Source: a virus (lineage: Duplodnaviria > Caudoviricetes). From it: a stretch of DNA of 64,000 nucleotides. Position numbers and translations under genes: made by a program. The DNA lies in IMG/VR virus record IMGVR_UViG_3300030330_006619, positions 126,094-190,093 of that record. One strand, 5' to 3'. The number at the start of each line of letters is the position of its first letter. Positions within the stretch are counted from its first letter, which is position 1. This document shows positions 48,442 to 57,229 of the stretch, in pieces. Below the pieces are notes generated by a model. The model did no database searches, was not told the DNA's origin, and was given only the letters and a program-made list of their open reading frames with translations.

Positions 48442-50913
48442 ATGTCAAATTTTTATAGCAAGTGGAAGCATTATCTTCAAGAAGCACAGCAAGATGCGAA
48501 AGTTTTAAGAAAAATTAATATTGATCGCATAAGGAAAGAAATGCCCCAACTTCCAGAGGAGGAGACAAGGGACTATTTTTCTCGTATTCAGGCTCTAGAG
48601 CGAGACCCCGAGTATCTAAATCCTATATTTCCACAAGGAATAGTGGATTGGGTCGAGTCTCTACCGGACAATCACTTTCCAACAAGTGGTCGCAAACGTT
48701 TTGCAAAGTGGCTTGGTAACACAATATACCACCAAGAGACAGAGATTCAAGGCAGGCTGAATACTGTAGACAATCCCGAAGAATTAAGAATTTATAATAA
48801 CGATGTCAGGTATATAGCTGATTACCTGAATGGTGCTGATGAGCTACCTGAGGACTTATGGGATAGATCTCTCAACGGTATGTATGATCTAGCTGTCGAG
48901 TGGCATGATACTCTCAAATATAAAGAGGACCCAACGGGAGACTACCAGAATAAAGATGTTGTCTACAAATTTGACAATGGTTATACCATAGTAGATGTCA
49001 ACACAGAAAATGACCTCAGTGTTGAAGGTGATAAGATGGGCCATTGCGTCGGATCATATTGTGATTATGTAGCATCAGGAGAGACAACCATATACTCCCT
49101 TAGAGACCCCAGGAATGAGCCACACGCTACGATTGAAGTGATACCTACTCTACCCCTTGGCCGCACGCGTTCACGAGGCAGAGTAGACCAAATAAAAGGA
49201 AAAGGTAACGCGGCCCCCGTTGAGAAGTATAGGCCAATGTTAAAGCAGTGGCTACAAACCACAGAGTTCAGTTATGAATCCAGCCCAGACTACCTAAATA
49301 TCTTATCGGCTGATGAACTCAGGGAAAAGTTATTTTCTGGAGAACTTGGCAAAGATTCAGAGCAGTCCCTTGCCAGAACGACAGATGACCCAGAGATAAT
49401 CCAGTTTTTTCTTGATCAAATTGTGGCCGCTGGTTACACATATGGTGGCTCCTCCGTGGATTTAGTAACAAAGCTCAATCCAAGTTCAATAACTGATTAT
49501 CTATTAAGAAATGATAATTTAAATGAAGAACATAGGCTGTCTCTTGTAAAAATAAACTTTAAACTACGAAACTCGGTCTTGGGCGTTAGAATGTCGCGAC
49601 TGTTGGGTGCTATGGGTCACAGCGGCCCGCGTAATTTTGACCCTGAAAGCCTGTCCTCTCGTGTTTGGGGGGAGCTTGGAGACGAACTTACTAGCGGCTA
49701 CAGCGATGAAAAACTTTACTGTATGCAGGCAATTATGGAGGTCGCCGAAGCTCCGAGTTCAATCAAAGAAGAGATTATAAATCACTTACTTAGTGATGAA
49801 TATCTGCAAGGTGCAGTAGCCCAGAACCCGAATGCACTTGATCAACAACAGCAGCCTTATGGCGCCATCTTGCAGGGGTACCTTTTTCAGAAGTCACCAT
49901 CTCAAGAGCAAGTCAAGAAACTTTATACTGTCCAGAGAGATGAAAACTTTATAAAAGTTCTTGGCCAATATGGACGTTTAAACGGATATATTTCTTCTTC
50001 AAGGGGCATGTCGGATGAACTGGCTGATGAAATTATTGAAGATGTTAAGAATGAAGAGCGCCACGCGTTCATGTCACGAAACTGGCTAGACATGATTATG
50101 AACCCCCGCCTCAGCGATTCCAAAAAAATACAAATATTAAATATTGGCCACACAGGCTCAGGAAGTATTGTTTCGATGACACAACCTAATGAGCCAACAA
50201 GTAAAATCCCCGGACTTAAGTTTTCAGTTTCCGCCAGGTCTTATTCACGGCAACTTTATAACGCAGCAAGAGAGAAGAAGTTTAGTAAAAAACTTGTAAA
50301 ATATATGATAGACGCTGGGGTTTTTGATGCCCAGTATGTGAACGTCTGGGTCGGACAAAGGGTGAAAATGAGTGGCAGCGACCCACGCATTGAAAAATAT
50401 AGTCAAGATGAAAAACAAAAAGTATTGGACATTGTAAGATCGCGGCAACTGCAGGAGTTCGAGTCTGGTCTTTTTGACGAAGATTTATTTGAAGAAATGA
50501 ACAATTATTTTAGGAAAAATACCATGACAAAAAACAAATTTTATGATAATATTAAAGAACAGCTGGAGATAAGTGAAGAGAAAGGTCGCAGTCGCCAAAG
50601 AGGTATTTATAAATTTCACTGTATGATTGCTTATAATCTCACTGTGGAGAGTAACCGCACCCGCGGCCTTGATGACATCTTGGCAGATTTAAGAGCATTA
50701 GAAAATGTGACGATTGTTACTGTAGCAATTAGAAACCAAAAGATTGGGGACGGACGCTATATTGCTGGTTTGGCAGTTAAGTTCATACCTTCAACCCCTG
50801 GAAACATGGGTACTCCAGAAAACACGAAAGCTAGAATAGTAAAAGATATAAAAAGAATCAACAACGTACAATCTTTATTTAAGTTGTCAGCAGGATTAAT
50901 AAGGCTGGAATAA
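48442..50913 (+). CDS. multidomain protein with a PcfJ-like domain
   Basis: L..EGDKMGHCVGSY...IYSLRD..N.PHATIEV...QIKGKGN; preceded by ACTATTTAT. Confidence 0.6.
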   Translation: MSNFYSKWKHYLQEAQQDAKVLRKINIDRIRKEMPQLPEEETRDYFSRIQALERDPEYLNPIFPQGIVDWVESLPDNHFPTSGRKRFAKWLGNTIYHQETEIQGRLNTVDNPEELRIYNNDVRYIADYLNGADELPEDLWDRSLNGMYDLAVEWHDTLKYKEDPTGDYQNKDVVYKFDNGYTIVDVNTENDLSVEGDKMGHCVGSYCDYVASGETTIYSLRDPRNEPHATIEVIPTLPLGRTRSRGRVDQIKGKGNAAPVEKYRPMLKQWLQTTEFSYESSPDYLNILSADELREKLFSGELGKDSEQSLARTTDDPEIIQFFLDQIVAAGYTYGGSSVDLVTKLNPSSITDYLLRNDNLNEEHRLSLVKINFKLRNSVLGVRMSRLLGAMGHSGPRNFDPESLSSRVWGELGDELTSGYSDEKLYCMQAIMEVAEAPSSIKEEIINHLLSDEYLQGAVAQNPNALDQQQQPYGAILQGYLFQKSPSQEQVKKLYTVQRDENFIKVLGQYGRLNGYISSSRGMSDELADEIIEDVKNEERHAFMSRNWLDMIMNPRLSDSKKIQILNIGHTGSGSIVSMTQPNEPTSKIPGLKFSVSARSYSRQLYNAAREKKFSKKLVKYMIDAGVFDAQYVNVWVGQRVKMSGSDPRIEKYSQDEKQKVLDIVRSRQLQEFESGLFDEDLFEEMNNYFRKNTMTKNKFYDNIKEQLEISEEKGRSRQRGIYKFHCMIAYNLTVESNRTRGLDDILADLRALENVTIVTVAIRNQKIGDGRYIAGLAVKFIPSTPGNMGTPENTKARIVKDIKRINNVQSLFKLSAGLIRLE

Positions 50914-51509
50914 TGAAAACCCCAGATGATCACAAAAGAGAAACAATAAGAGAGATTTTCAAAAAAAGACTCAAGGAGAGTACTGTAATTCTCTCACCAG
51001 TAGGAATAGAAGTGAATGAATCTTTGGATTCCGATTTTACCTCGGCATCAATATCCTTCGATGAGAAAGTCGGCGCTGAAATAAAAAGGTGTAATTTGAC
51101 GGAAAGCAATGCAAAAGGTCTCGTCGATGCAATATTCAAAATTTTATTTGCAAACTTCTCAAGCAAATATAGTAGCATAGCCAACATACAATTAAAAAAT
51201 TACCAAGTGAAACCCATATTTAATTCAGCAAACTTCTCTACTTACACAGATGCCAAAACAACAGTCACAATAACTTCAGAAATAAAAAACCACGGACTAG
51301 TTGATTTTTCTTCTACGTCTAGATCCATTATATACTCAACCCTCTGCGCTTCGTTAAAAACATTTCAATTTTACATAAATTGTGAAAGAACATTTGATAT
51401 ACTTTCAAGAGTTTTGGTGGATGCCAAGGGAAGGGGACGCCCGGATATCGAAGAAGCATGTATCCGAGATATGACATTTTTAACTAGTATGAACACTTAT
51501 GAACAATAA
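50913..51509 (+). CDS. protein resembling a stand-alone LeuA allosteric (regulatory) domain
   Basis: GLVDAIFKIL..IQLKNYQV..DAKTTVTI..SRSIIYST aligns by eye with GPVDA..L.DY.V..DA...V...DII.AS. Confidence 0.45.
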   Translation: MKTPDDHKRETIREIFKKRLKESTVILSPVGIEVNESLDSDFTSASISFDEKVGAEIKRCNLTESNAKGLVDAIFKILFANFSSKYSSIANIQLKNYQVKPIFNSANFSTYTDAKTTVTITSEIKNHGLVDFSSTSRSIIYSTLCASLKTFQFYINCERTFDILSRVLVDAKGRGRPDIEEACIRDMTFLTSMNTYEQ

Positions 51510-51588
51510 AAAAGGAGTACAGTGGGATGTTGCATTTGTGGCAGCAATTATTACATTTTTTCTCTTTCTTTTTAGATCTTATCAATGA
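51499..51588 (+). CDS. 29-aa membrane micropeptide (not in the ORF track)
   Basis: MNNKKGVQWDVAFVAAIITFFLFLFRSYQ*; overlaps the stop region of the previous gene. Confidence 0.4.
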   Translation: MNNKKGVQWDVAFVAAIITFFLFLFRSYQ

Positions 51589-51653
51589 ATATCGAAATGT
51601 TATGGTTTTTATGTGGTTGATCTCCTTAATTATATTAGGGGTGATTTACTTTT

Positions 51654-51926
51654 ATGCCAAAACAAACATACAATTTTAGAGATCTACAAATCGGAGATTT
51701 AGTTACTCATGTGCTTTACGGCCCAGAATGGATAGGTATGATAATTTCAATATCAGATGAAGAAGGGGAGACTGACAGTAGAATAAAAGCTCTTGTTCAG
51801 ATCCAGCCTGGAACCAAATACGATGGTTTTTTTGATAAAAACACCTCAAAACAAAATAAAATAAACTCCAACTTAGGGTTTGTTTCAATAAATTGGCTTT
51901 TTAAGGTTGAAAAAAGAAAAAGATAA
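51654..51926 (+). CDS. small beta-barrel-like protein (IGDLV family)
   Basis: LQIGDLVTHV...WIGMII. Confidence 0.6.
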   Translation: MPKQTYNFRDLQIGDLVTHVLYGPEWIGMIISISDEEGETDSRIKALVQIQPGTKYDGFFDKNTSKQNKINSNLGFVSINWLFKVEKRKR

Positions 51927-52095
51927 ATTTACAGAGGAAGAATATGTTTTATGGAGACTAAATCCAGCGTACATAGGCATAGTTTTATCTGAAGTAACCG
52001 GTAGTATTTCTAAGAAACATGAAATCTACTGGATACAAGAAAAAGTAAAATTGGTAAATTTTGCTCAAGATTTAATTTTTCTTAAAAAAGATTAA
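51907..52095 (+). CDS. small hypothetical protein, divergent beta-barrel family member
   Basis: IGIVL...EIYW...DL pattern. Confidence 0.45.
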   Translation: MKKEKDKFTEEEYVLWRLNPAYIGIVLSEVTGSISKKHEIYWIQEKVKLVNFAQDLIFLKKD

Positions 52096-52121
52096 GGAAT
52101 ATGCTATAGTGTAGAACTATC

Positions 52122-52331
52122 ATGAGTATTTTTGTAAAAGGAGATATTGTTATACTACTCGACAGGCCCCTGGGGCATCCCACCAAAATAAAGGGAGTAG
52201 TGGTTGGTCATGTAGGCTCAGAAAATTATAATATTTTGTTGACAAATGGCTTTGGAAAAGGTAATATTAAGAGAGTCAGTTCACTGGAAATTAAAAAAGA
52301 GGAAGAATATGACGAGAAGCAAGAAGATTAG
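52122..52331 (+). CDS. small beta-barrel-like protein (KGDIV)
   Basis: KGDIVIL...GVVVG...YNIL. Confidence 0.6.
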   Translation: MSIFVKGDIVILLDRPLGHPTKIKGVVVGHVGSENYNILLTNGFGKGNIKRVSSLEIKKEEEYDEKQED

Positions 52332-52581
52332 AAACGGTAGGTCCTTAAAAACATTTATAGAAAGCAAATATCATGAAGCGGTCTTCCATGAAGTAGACAA
52401 CTTAGATACAAAGTGCGTCAATGAGGCAAGAGATAATTATGAAAAGGTTTTCATAAAAATCAGAAACATTCTAACTGACAAGCCATGGTGTTGCGACAGC
52501 GAAGAAGACGTTTTGAATATGTGTCAGGAAATATCAGATGAACTCAGGTTTTCATCTCTTATCAGGAAAGAGGTAAAATGA
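52309..52581 (+). CDS. hypothetical protein
   Basis: ATG 52309 after GAGG. Confidence 0.55.
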   Translation: MTRSKKIRNGRSLKTFIESKYHEAVFHEVDNLDTKCVNEARDNYEKVFIKIRNILTDKPWCCDSEEDVLNMCQEISDELRFSSLIRKEVK

Positions 52582-52832
52582 AGAGAGGTGAAGTAGTGAG
52601 GTGCATTGTTGATTACGATCTTTTTGATCTTAATATAAATGGAGAAGAAGGCTGCTTCATAAAGATGGATGAGAACTCTAAAAAGTTTTTGACATACTTT
52701 TGGGCAAATGGTGAGTGGGCGGAACTAAAAAGAGATCAGTTTGAGTTGGTTAACAAATCTGGATATATTCCCGCAAAAAATAAAGAATTCATTTCGAGAA
52801 TCCGAACTCTGGAATACAGTTTTGAAAATTGA
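52578..52832 (+). CDS. small beta-barrel-like protein (KRGEVV)
   Basis: MKRGEVVRC...FELV; RBS GAGG. Confidence 0.6.
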   Translation: MKRGEVVRCIVDYDLFDLNINGEEGCFIKMDENSKKFLTYFWANGEWAELKRDQFELVNKSGYIPAKNKEFISRIRTLEYSFEN

Positions 52833-53032
52833 AAGCAAAAGACGTAAAATGCAACAAAACATACTGGTCTACCCGGTTTAACCGAAAGTGTGTTTGTGTA
52901 GGCATCGCCCGGTGGCTTGTCGAGCTTGAATTTCAAGATCCAAAAAAGAACGGATGGTATCACTGTCAAGAGATAGAAGAAGTACCAAAATCACAAGAAA
53001 AAGTTATTGACATTACAGACATAATAAGGTAA
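52829..53032 (+). CDS. small hypothetical protein
   Basis: 4-nt overlap with the upstream gene. Confidence 0.5.
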   Translation: MKAKDVKCNKTYWSTRFNRKCVCVGIARWLVELEFQDPKKNGWYHCQEIEEVPKSQEKVIDITDIIR

Positions 53033-53035
53033 CAT
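53007..53035 (+). promoter_or_regulatory. sigma70-type promoter heading the first cassette array
   Basis: TTGACA-17-TAACAT. Confidence 0.7.
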
Positions 53036-53041
53036 ATTAAT

Positions 53042-53206
53042 ATGATTGAACTTTTAATAGGTGTTGCAATTTTACTATTCATCAGAAACCGACTGAGGGC
53101 AAGTTTGATTCAAAGTCAAAAAGAGGAACTTGTAAGAGAAGTAGTGAGGCAAACAATTCAAAAAAGAAAATTGGATGAACTTTATGGAAGAAATCAAGAC
53201 AGGTGA
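53042..53206 (+). CDS. 54-aa membrane-anchored protein (not in the ORF track)
   Basis: MIELLIGVAILLFIRNRLRASL...GRNQDR*. Confidence 0.55.
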   Translation: MIELLIGVAILLFIRNRLRASLIQSQKEELVREVVRQTIQKRKLDELYGRNQDR

Positions 53207-53354
53207 TTATGTACAATATCGAACAGCAGCTGGTGTTATTGTTGGCTATGGTATCATCGTTGAGGTGACTGAATATTGGCACATTCTTGTGGATCAGCAC
53301 ACAGGAAAGAGAGAGCACTGGTGCGATACGTTGATGAGAAAGATTACGGTATGA
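53184..53354 (+). CDS. 56-aa beta-barrel family protein (not in the ORF track)
   Basis: MEEIKTGDYVQYRTAAGVIVGYGIIVEVTEYWHILV...LMRKITV*. Confidence 0.65.
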   Translation: MEEIKTGDYVQYRTAAGVIVGYGIIVEVTEYWHILVDQHTGKREHWCDTLMRKITV

Positions 53355-53545
53355 AAGTTGGAGATATTGTAGAAATCCAACCACATATTGATTTCGATGT
53401 AACAAAGACTATCTTCACAGAACCATCACTTGGTATTATCAAGAGTGTATTAAATGGAGATGGTTATTACGATGTCCTGCTTCATAATGGTAGGGTGCTG
53501 TTCCTCCGGGGACGAAACTTGAAGGTAATCAGTGAAAATCGGTGA
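53351..53545 (+). CDS. MKVGD-family cassette gene
   Basis: MKVGDIVEI...LGIIK...YDVL...LKVISENR; the true start is ATG 53351. Confidence 0.75.
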   Translation: MKVGDIVEIQPHIDFDVTKTIFTEPSLGIIKSVLNGDGYYDVLLHNGRVLFLRGRNLKVISENR

Positions 53546-53744
53546 TTTGGTACAAAAACGTTGGGGTAGATTGGATCCTCATCAGCAGGACACTGTCGGC
53601 ATCGTTATTGACCTGTGTGTAGAACAGCGAGCTTCTAATCCTGCACTCAATGGCCAGTGGCTTGTGGTGTATTACCCAGGATCGGGCCTACCGCCCTATA
53701 GGTATCGCCCACAGCAATTCGAGGTGATCAGTGAAGGTAGGTGA
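53532..53744 (+). CDS. MKVGD-family cassette gene
   Basis: MKIGDLV...VGIVI...FEVISEGR. Confidence 0.75.
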   Translation: MKIGDLVQKRWGRLDPHQQDTVGIVIDLCVEQRASNPALNGQWLVVYYPGSGLPPYRYRPQQFEVISEGR

Positions 53745-53928
53745 CTTGATAATGTGGAAGTATCATGGTAAGCTGGACCCCAAAAAGACAGGCATCATTG
53801 TTTCAGATTACACACAGAGCAGATCAAAAGACGGCTCTATTCTCAAAAATGTTTACTGGTTCGACTATCAGTGGGTCAGGCCAATCGAACAACAATTCTT
53901 AGAGGTTATCAATGAAAGTCCTCGTTAG
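53731..53928 (+). CDS. MKVGD-family cassette gene
   Basis: MKVGDLI...TGIIV...VYW...LEVINESPR. Confidence 0.75.
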   Translation: MKVGDLIMWKYHGKLDPKKTGIIVSDYTQSRSKDGSILKNVYWFDYQWVRPIEQQFLEVINESPR

Positions 53929-54364
53929 TTCTTGTTTGCTTGGCAATCAAGTGCGCTGGAACAAGCAGGGTAAATTGAATAGCCAAGTAATCGAGTGGGC
54001 TAAGAAAAACAATATACAACTGATCCCAGTTTGTCCCGAAGATGAGCTTCTCGGTACTCCACGAGATAAAATTAGGCTAATACAAATCGAAGAAAAAACT
54101 TGCGCTCACTACCGAAATCGTGATATAATAAAAGAGATAAAAAACAAATGCAAAGAAATAATCAACAGGCATCCTGATGCCGTTGGTTTCATAGGTATTT
54201 ATGGTTCACCCACTTGCGGAATTAGTATTGGGGTTAAAAACCTTGGAAGAGTAATAAAAGGCTTTATGCACCAAGAGTTCCCAGGGCCCACAATCGAGGC
54301 AAACGCAATGAGAAATGAAAACAATAGAATCACATTCCTTAGGAGACTAAATGAAAGTCGGTGA
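53912..54364 (+). CDS. DUF523 / 2-thiouracil desulfurase-like Fe-S protein
   Basis: VLVSSCLLG..VRW, PVCPE...LGTPR, SPTCG. Confidence 0.8.
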   Translation: MKVLVSSCLLGNQVRWNKQGKLNSQVIEWAKKNNIQLIPVCPEDELLGTPRDKIRLIQIEEKTCAHYRNRDIIKEIKNKCKEIINRHPDAVGFIGIYGSPTCGISIGVKNLGRVIKGFMHQEFPGPTIEANAMRNENNRITFLRRLNESR

Positions 54365-54518
54365 TTTAGTGAGACTCAAAGAATTCTGCCGAGACTCAGG
54401 CAGACTGGCATTGTTGGTTGCCTTGCATCGGAGTTATGCTAAGATAATGTTTGTCGATTCCAGTCAACGCGAAAATGCCCTCGCGGCGAATCTGGAGGTT
54501 ATCAGTGAAAGTCGGTGA
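54351..54518 (+). CDS. 55-aa MKVGD-family cassette gene (not in the ORF track)
   Basis: MKVGDLVRLKEFCRDSGRLALLVALHRSYAKIMFVDSSQRENALAANLEVISESR*. Confidence 0.75.
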   Translation: MKVGDLVRLKEFCRDSGRLALLVALHRSYAKIMFVDSSQRENALAANLEVISESR

Positions 54519-54705
54519 TGTTGTCAGGTGGACGCCTATGGAAACGGCATACCATCACGCCTGTCTAGCCCCTGGCATTAAAGACTTGACAGATGATAGA
54601 AAGTGTGGTATTATCGTAGATAGAAATCCTAAATATTTTTTTGTTCTTTGGCAAAACAAAGAACTTTTAGCACAACTACCAAACTCGATCGAGGTAATTA
54701 AATGA
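54505..54705 (+). CDS. MKVGD-family cassette gene
   Basis: GTG 54505: MKVGDVVRW...CGIIV...VLW...IEVIK. Confidence 0.75.
   Translation: MKVGDVVRWTPMETAYHHACLAPGIKDLTDDRKCGIIVDRNPKYFFVLWQNKELLAQLPNSIEVIK
54586..54614 (+). promoter_or_regulatory. sigma70-type promoter embedded in a cassette gene upstream of uvsE
   Basis: TTGACA-17-TATTAT with extended -10 TG. Confidence 0.55.
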
Positions 54706-55637
54706 ATTACGGATACGCTTGTATCAACATGACTTTATCTGATGTACCTAAGTCTAGGCGCATCACAACCAACCGCTCTATGATTAAGCGAACCTTCCTC
54801 AAAGAAGGTATTAAACGTGCAAGCGAGCTAGCACTACAGAACGTGCTCGACCTTGAAAAAATTCTCAAGTGGAACGAGCAGAGAGACATCAGGTTTTATC
54901 GCATGTCTTCGGATATTTTTCCTTGGGCCTCAGAGTACGAGTACGACGATTTACCGGACATTTCCACTATCCGTAGGGTACTGGCTAGGGTTGGTGAGTA
55001 TGCAGTCTCTAACGGCCACCGCTTGACCTTTCATCCTGGCCCATTCTGTTGTCTTGCATCACCAAACGAATCAGTTGTGGAAAAAACATACAAGGAACTC
55101 AACAATCATTCTCGTATCTTTGATATGATGGGTTTCTTTCCTAGTCACTACAACAAGATCAACATCCATGTTGGCGGCACATACGGAGACAAGGACGCAA
55201 CAGCAGAACGTTTCATTAAAAACTTCCACAAGCCAGGTGGACTTGACACCAACACTAAAATGCGTTTTACGTTGGAGAATGACGATAAAGCCTCGATGTG
55301 GAGTACAAAGGAGATTTATGAAAAGATTTATCACGAAACTGGAATCCCGATTGTTTTCGATTACCATCACCATAGATTCTGCACGGGAGGACTCACAGAG
55401 CGAGAAGCCCTCGAACTCGCAGCATCAACTTGGCCAGAAGGAATCGACCCCGTTGTTCACGTCTCAGAGTCGAGAGCTGCTGAACAAGGCGACCCAAAAA
55501 TTCGCCCGCAAGCTCATTCAGATTTTATCGAAAGACAAGTAGATTCTTATGGACAAAAGCACGATATTATGCTAGAATGTAAAAAGAAAGAATTGGCATT
55601 GTTACGACTAAGGAGGAAGGTACATGCAAGTCGGTGA
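54702..55637 (+). CDS. uvsE: UV DNA damage endonuclease
   Basis: GYACIN, FYRMSS, RLTFHP, LENDD, FDYHHH, AHSDFI, DIMLE.K.KE.A. Confidence 0.93.
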   Translation: MNYGYACINMTLSDVPKSRRITTNRSMIKRTFLKEGIKRASELALQNVLDLEKILKWNEQRDIRFYRMSSDIFPWASEYEYDDLPDISTIRRVLARVGEYAVSNGHRLTFHPGPFCCLASPNESVVEKTYKELNNHSRIFDMMGFFPSHYNKINIHVGGTYGDKDATAERFIKNFHKPGGLDTNTKMRFTLENDDKASMWSTKEIYEKIYHETGIPIVFDYHHHRFCTGGLTEREALELAASTWPEGIDPVVHVSESRAAEQGDPKIRPQAHSDFIERQVDSYGQKHDIMLECKKKELALLRLRRKVHASR

Positions 55638-55860
55638 TTTAGTTACGCTATCTTCGTATGGTAAAAAGATAAAAAGAACAGGCTGGATTAGAGATGGTGA
55701 CGTAGGCATTATTAAAAAAGTCGGAGCTTACAATACTTACAGAATCCTCTGGTGTAACTCTATTTATAAACACTCACAGAAGCGAGATTATGCAACACGG
55801 GGAAGCTATTGGGATTGGCAAATGGGCTTCGACCGCCGCGATCTAAAGTTTGCAAAATAG
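55624..55860 (+). CDS. MKVGD-family cassette gene
   Basis: MQVGDLV...VGIIK...YRILW...RRDLK. Confidence 0.75.
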   Translation: MQVGDLVTLSSYGKKIKRTGWIRDGDVGIIKKVGAYNTYRILWCNSIYKHSQKRDYATRGSYWDWQMGFDRRDLKFAK

Positions 55861-55863
55861 CTC

Positions 55864-55892
55864 TTGACAAATCCTTGAAATTAAAGTATAAT
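55864..55892 (+). promoter_or_regulatory. perfect-consensus sigma70 promoter
   Basis: TTGACA-17-TATAAT. Confidence 0.85.
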
Positions 55893-55923
55893 TGTAGTAC
55901 AACAAAAGCAATGGAGCTTAAAG

Positions 55924-56115
55924 ATGAAGATGACTGGTTTTGAAATTGGCGAGATTGTAGAAATGAAGCATTCGGACAAGAGACATAGGCACAAAGCAGT
56001 AGTGCTTGGTTTCGAGAGAAACGTTCTTTTTGATTCAGTTCAGTGCGTAAAAGTTATGATCATTGGCAGAGACAAGCCAACCTTTACTCTATCTGATAGG
56101 ATCTGTAAGCTATGA
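55924..56115 (+). CDS. small beta-barrel-like protein (IGEIV)
   Basis: FEIGEIVEM...AVVL...VKVM. Confidence 0.6.
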   Translation: MKMTGFEIGEIVEMKHSDKRHRHKAVVLGFERNVLFDSVQCVKVMIIGRDKPTFTLSDRICKL

Positions 56116-56801
56116 TGTCCGACGCTGAAAAAACATTCATCTTTTTTTCTCACTTAAGTTCTGTGGAAGATCACTTGGCATATGGTGACAAGCAGTTTTA
56201 TTTATCCTTGTTCTGGCAACATGAGAACAGAAAAAAGAATACTTCTGGACTTTCTTCTTCTCAGTTATACCATTTGGAGCGACTCTATAATAAATATAGT
56301 ATGGAAGAGATTAAAAAGAAGCAGGAGTTTGAGCAAAACTACTCGGATGATCATCGAAACATTGCAGTAAAGTGCGCTAATTATTACGCCAACCAGTATC
56401 CTCCATATTTTGATGGTATTGTAGAAAAGGTCCTCAAAGATCCCCAAGGGCACGTCCTGTCATACAACGAGTATAACAAAATGTGCAACAATAAGTATGC
56501 CAAAAAGATTTTGGCTTGCTACGAAGAAGAAGTAAAGTATAAAGTCGGAGATTTTGTACAAATCAGATGTACTAACAGAGTAGATATTGCTAACACTAAC
56601 CAAAAAGATGGCCACAGACCCAGACGCAGCGTTTGTGCATCTATGGCGAACAAGATGTGCATGATCTTGGAGGTTAACGCGAAACCAATTACCAGAGCAG
56701 CTAAGGGAGCAAGACTGTACAAGGTACTAGTTACTGATGAAGCACGCCCGATTTATGCTCACGAGTCAGATCTAAAGAGGGTTAGGGGGAAAAACAAATG
56801 A
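56112..56801 (+). CDS. hypothetical protein with a C-terminal KVGD-type beta-barrel domain
   Basis: C-terminal KYKVGDFVQI...MILEV...YKVL...HESDLK. Confidence 0.65.
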   Translation: MMSDAEKTFIFFSHLSSVEDHLAYGDKQFYLSLFWQHENRKKNTSGLSSSQLYHLERLYNKYSMEEIKKKQEFEQNYSDDHRNIAVKCANYYANQYPPYFDGIVEKVLKDPQGHVLSYNEYNKMCNNKYAKKILACYEEEVKYKVGDFVQIRCTNRVDIANTNQKDGHRPRRSVCASMANKMCMILEVNAKPITRAAKGARLYKVLVTDEARPIYAHESDLKRVRGKNK

Positions 56802-57229
56802 ACAAAAACGTTATTCAAGCCATCTCTTTCTTGAACATGCGCGACGGCGAAAGGGTGGTCGTCAAGCCAACAGTGTTTGGTAAGTTCAAGGTACCAGTTG
56901 TTAGTGTTGAGAGCGGCTCTTTGAGAACTCGAATGCGAGCCCTTACAGCGATGGAAGTTGTAAATCACGAGATTATAAAAAATTGTGATCCTACATTTTA
57001 CTTGGAAAATGGAGAAAGGCTTAGGGTCTTCCAGGGTGGAGACCCATCGTACCTTCCAGCCCGCGCAGAAGGGCTGGCGCTAAAACATGACAACGCTAAC
57101 AAAAGAGAGACCCCTAAGTTAAAAAACAAAATCAGTACCAAGCCGCCGACAAGGTATGATTATGAGCAGGCATCTCTGGATATGTATGGCTGGATCCCAA
57201 ATCATGAAGATGATGGCTATGCAGACTAG
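56798..57229 (+). CDS. hypothetical protein
   Basis: ATGA overlap; RBS AGGGGG. Confidence 0.6.
   Translation: MNKNVIQAISFLNMRDGERVVVKPTVFGKFKVPVVSVESGSLRTRMRALTAMEVVNHEIIKNCDPTFYLENGERLRVFQGGDPSYLPARAEGLALKHDNANKRETPKLKNKISTKPPTRYDYEQASLDMYGWIPNHEDDGYAD

Larger units (their letters stand above)
53522..55643 (+). repeat. cassette array 1: conserved stop/RBS/start junction repeat, consensus GAGGTNATCARTGAAAGTCGGTGATYTRGT
   Basis: Copies around the starts at 53532, 53731, 53912 (left half), 54351, 54505, 54702 (left half) and 55624. Confidence 0.85.
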
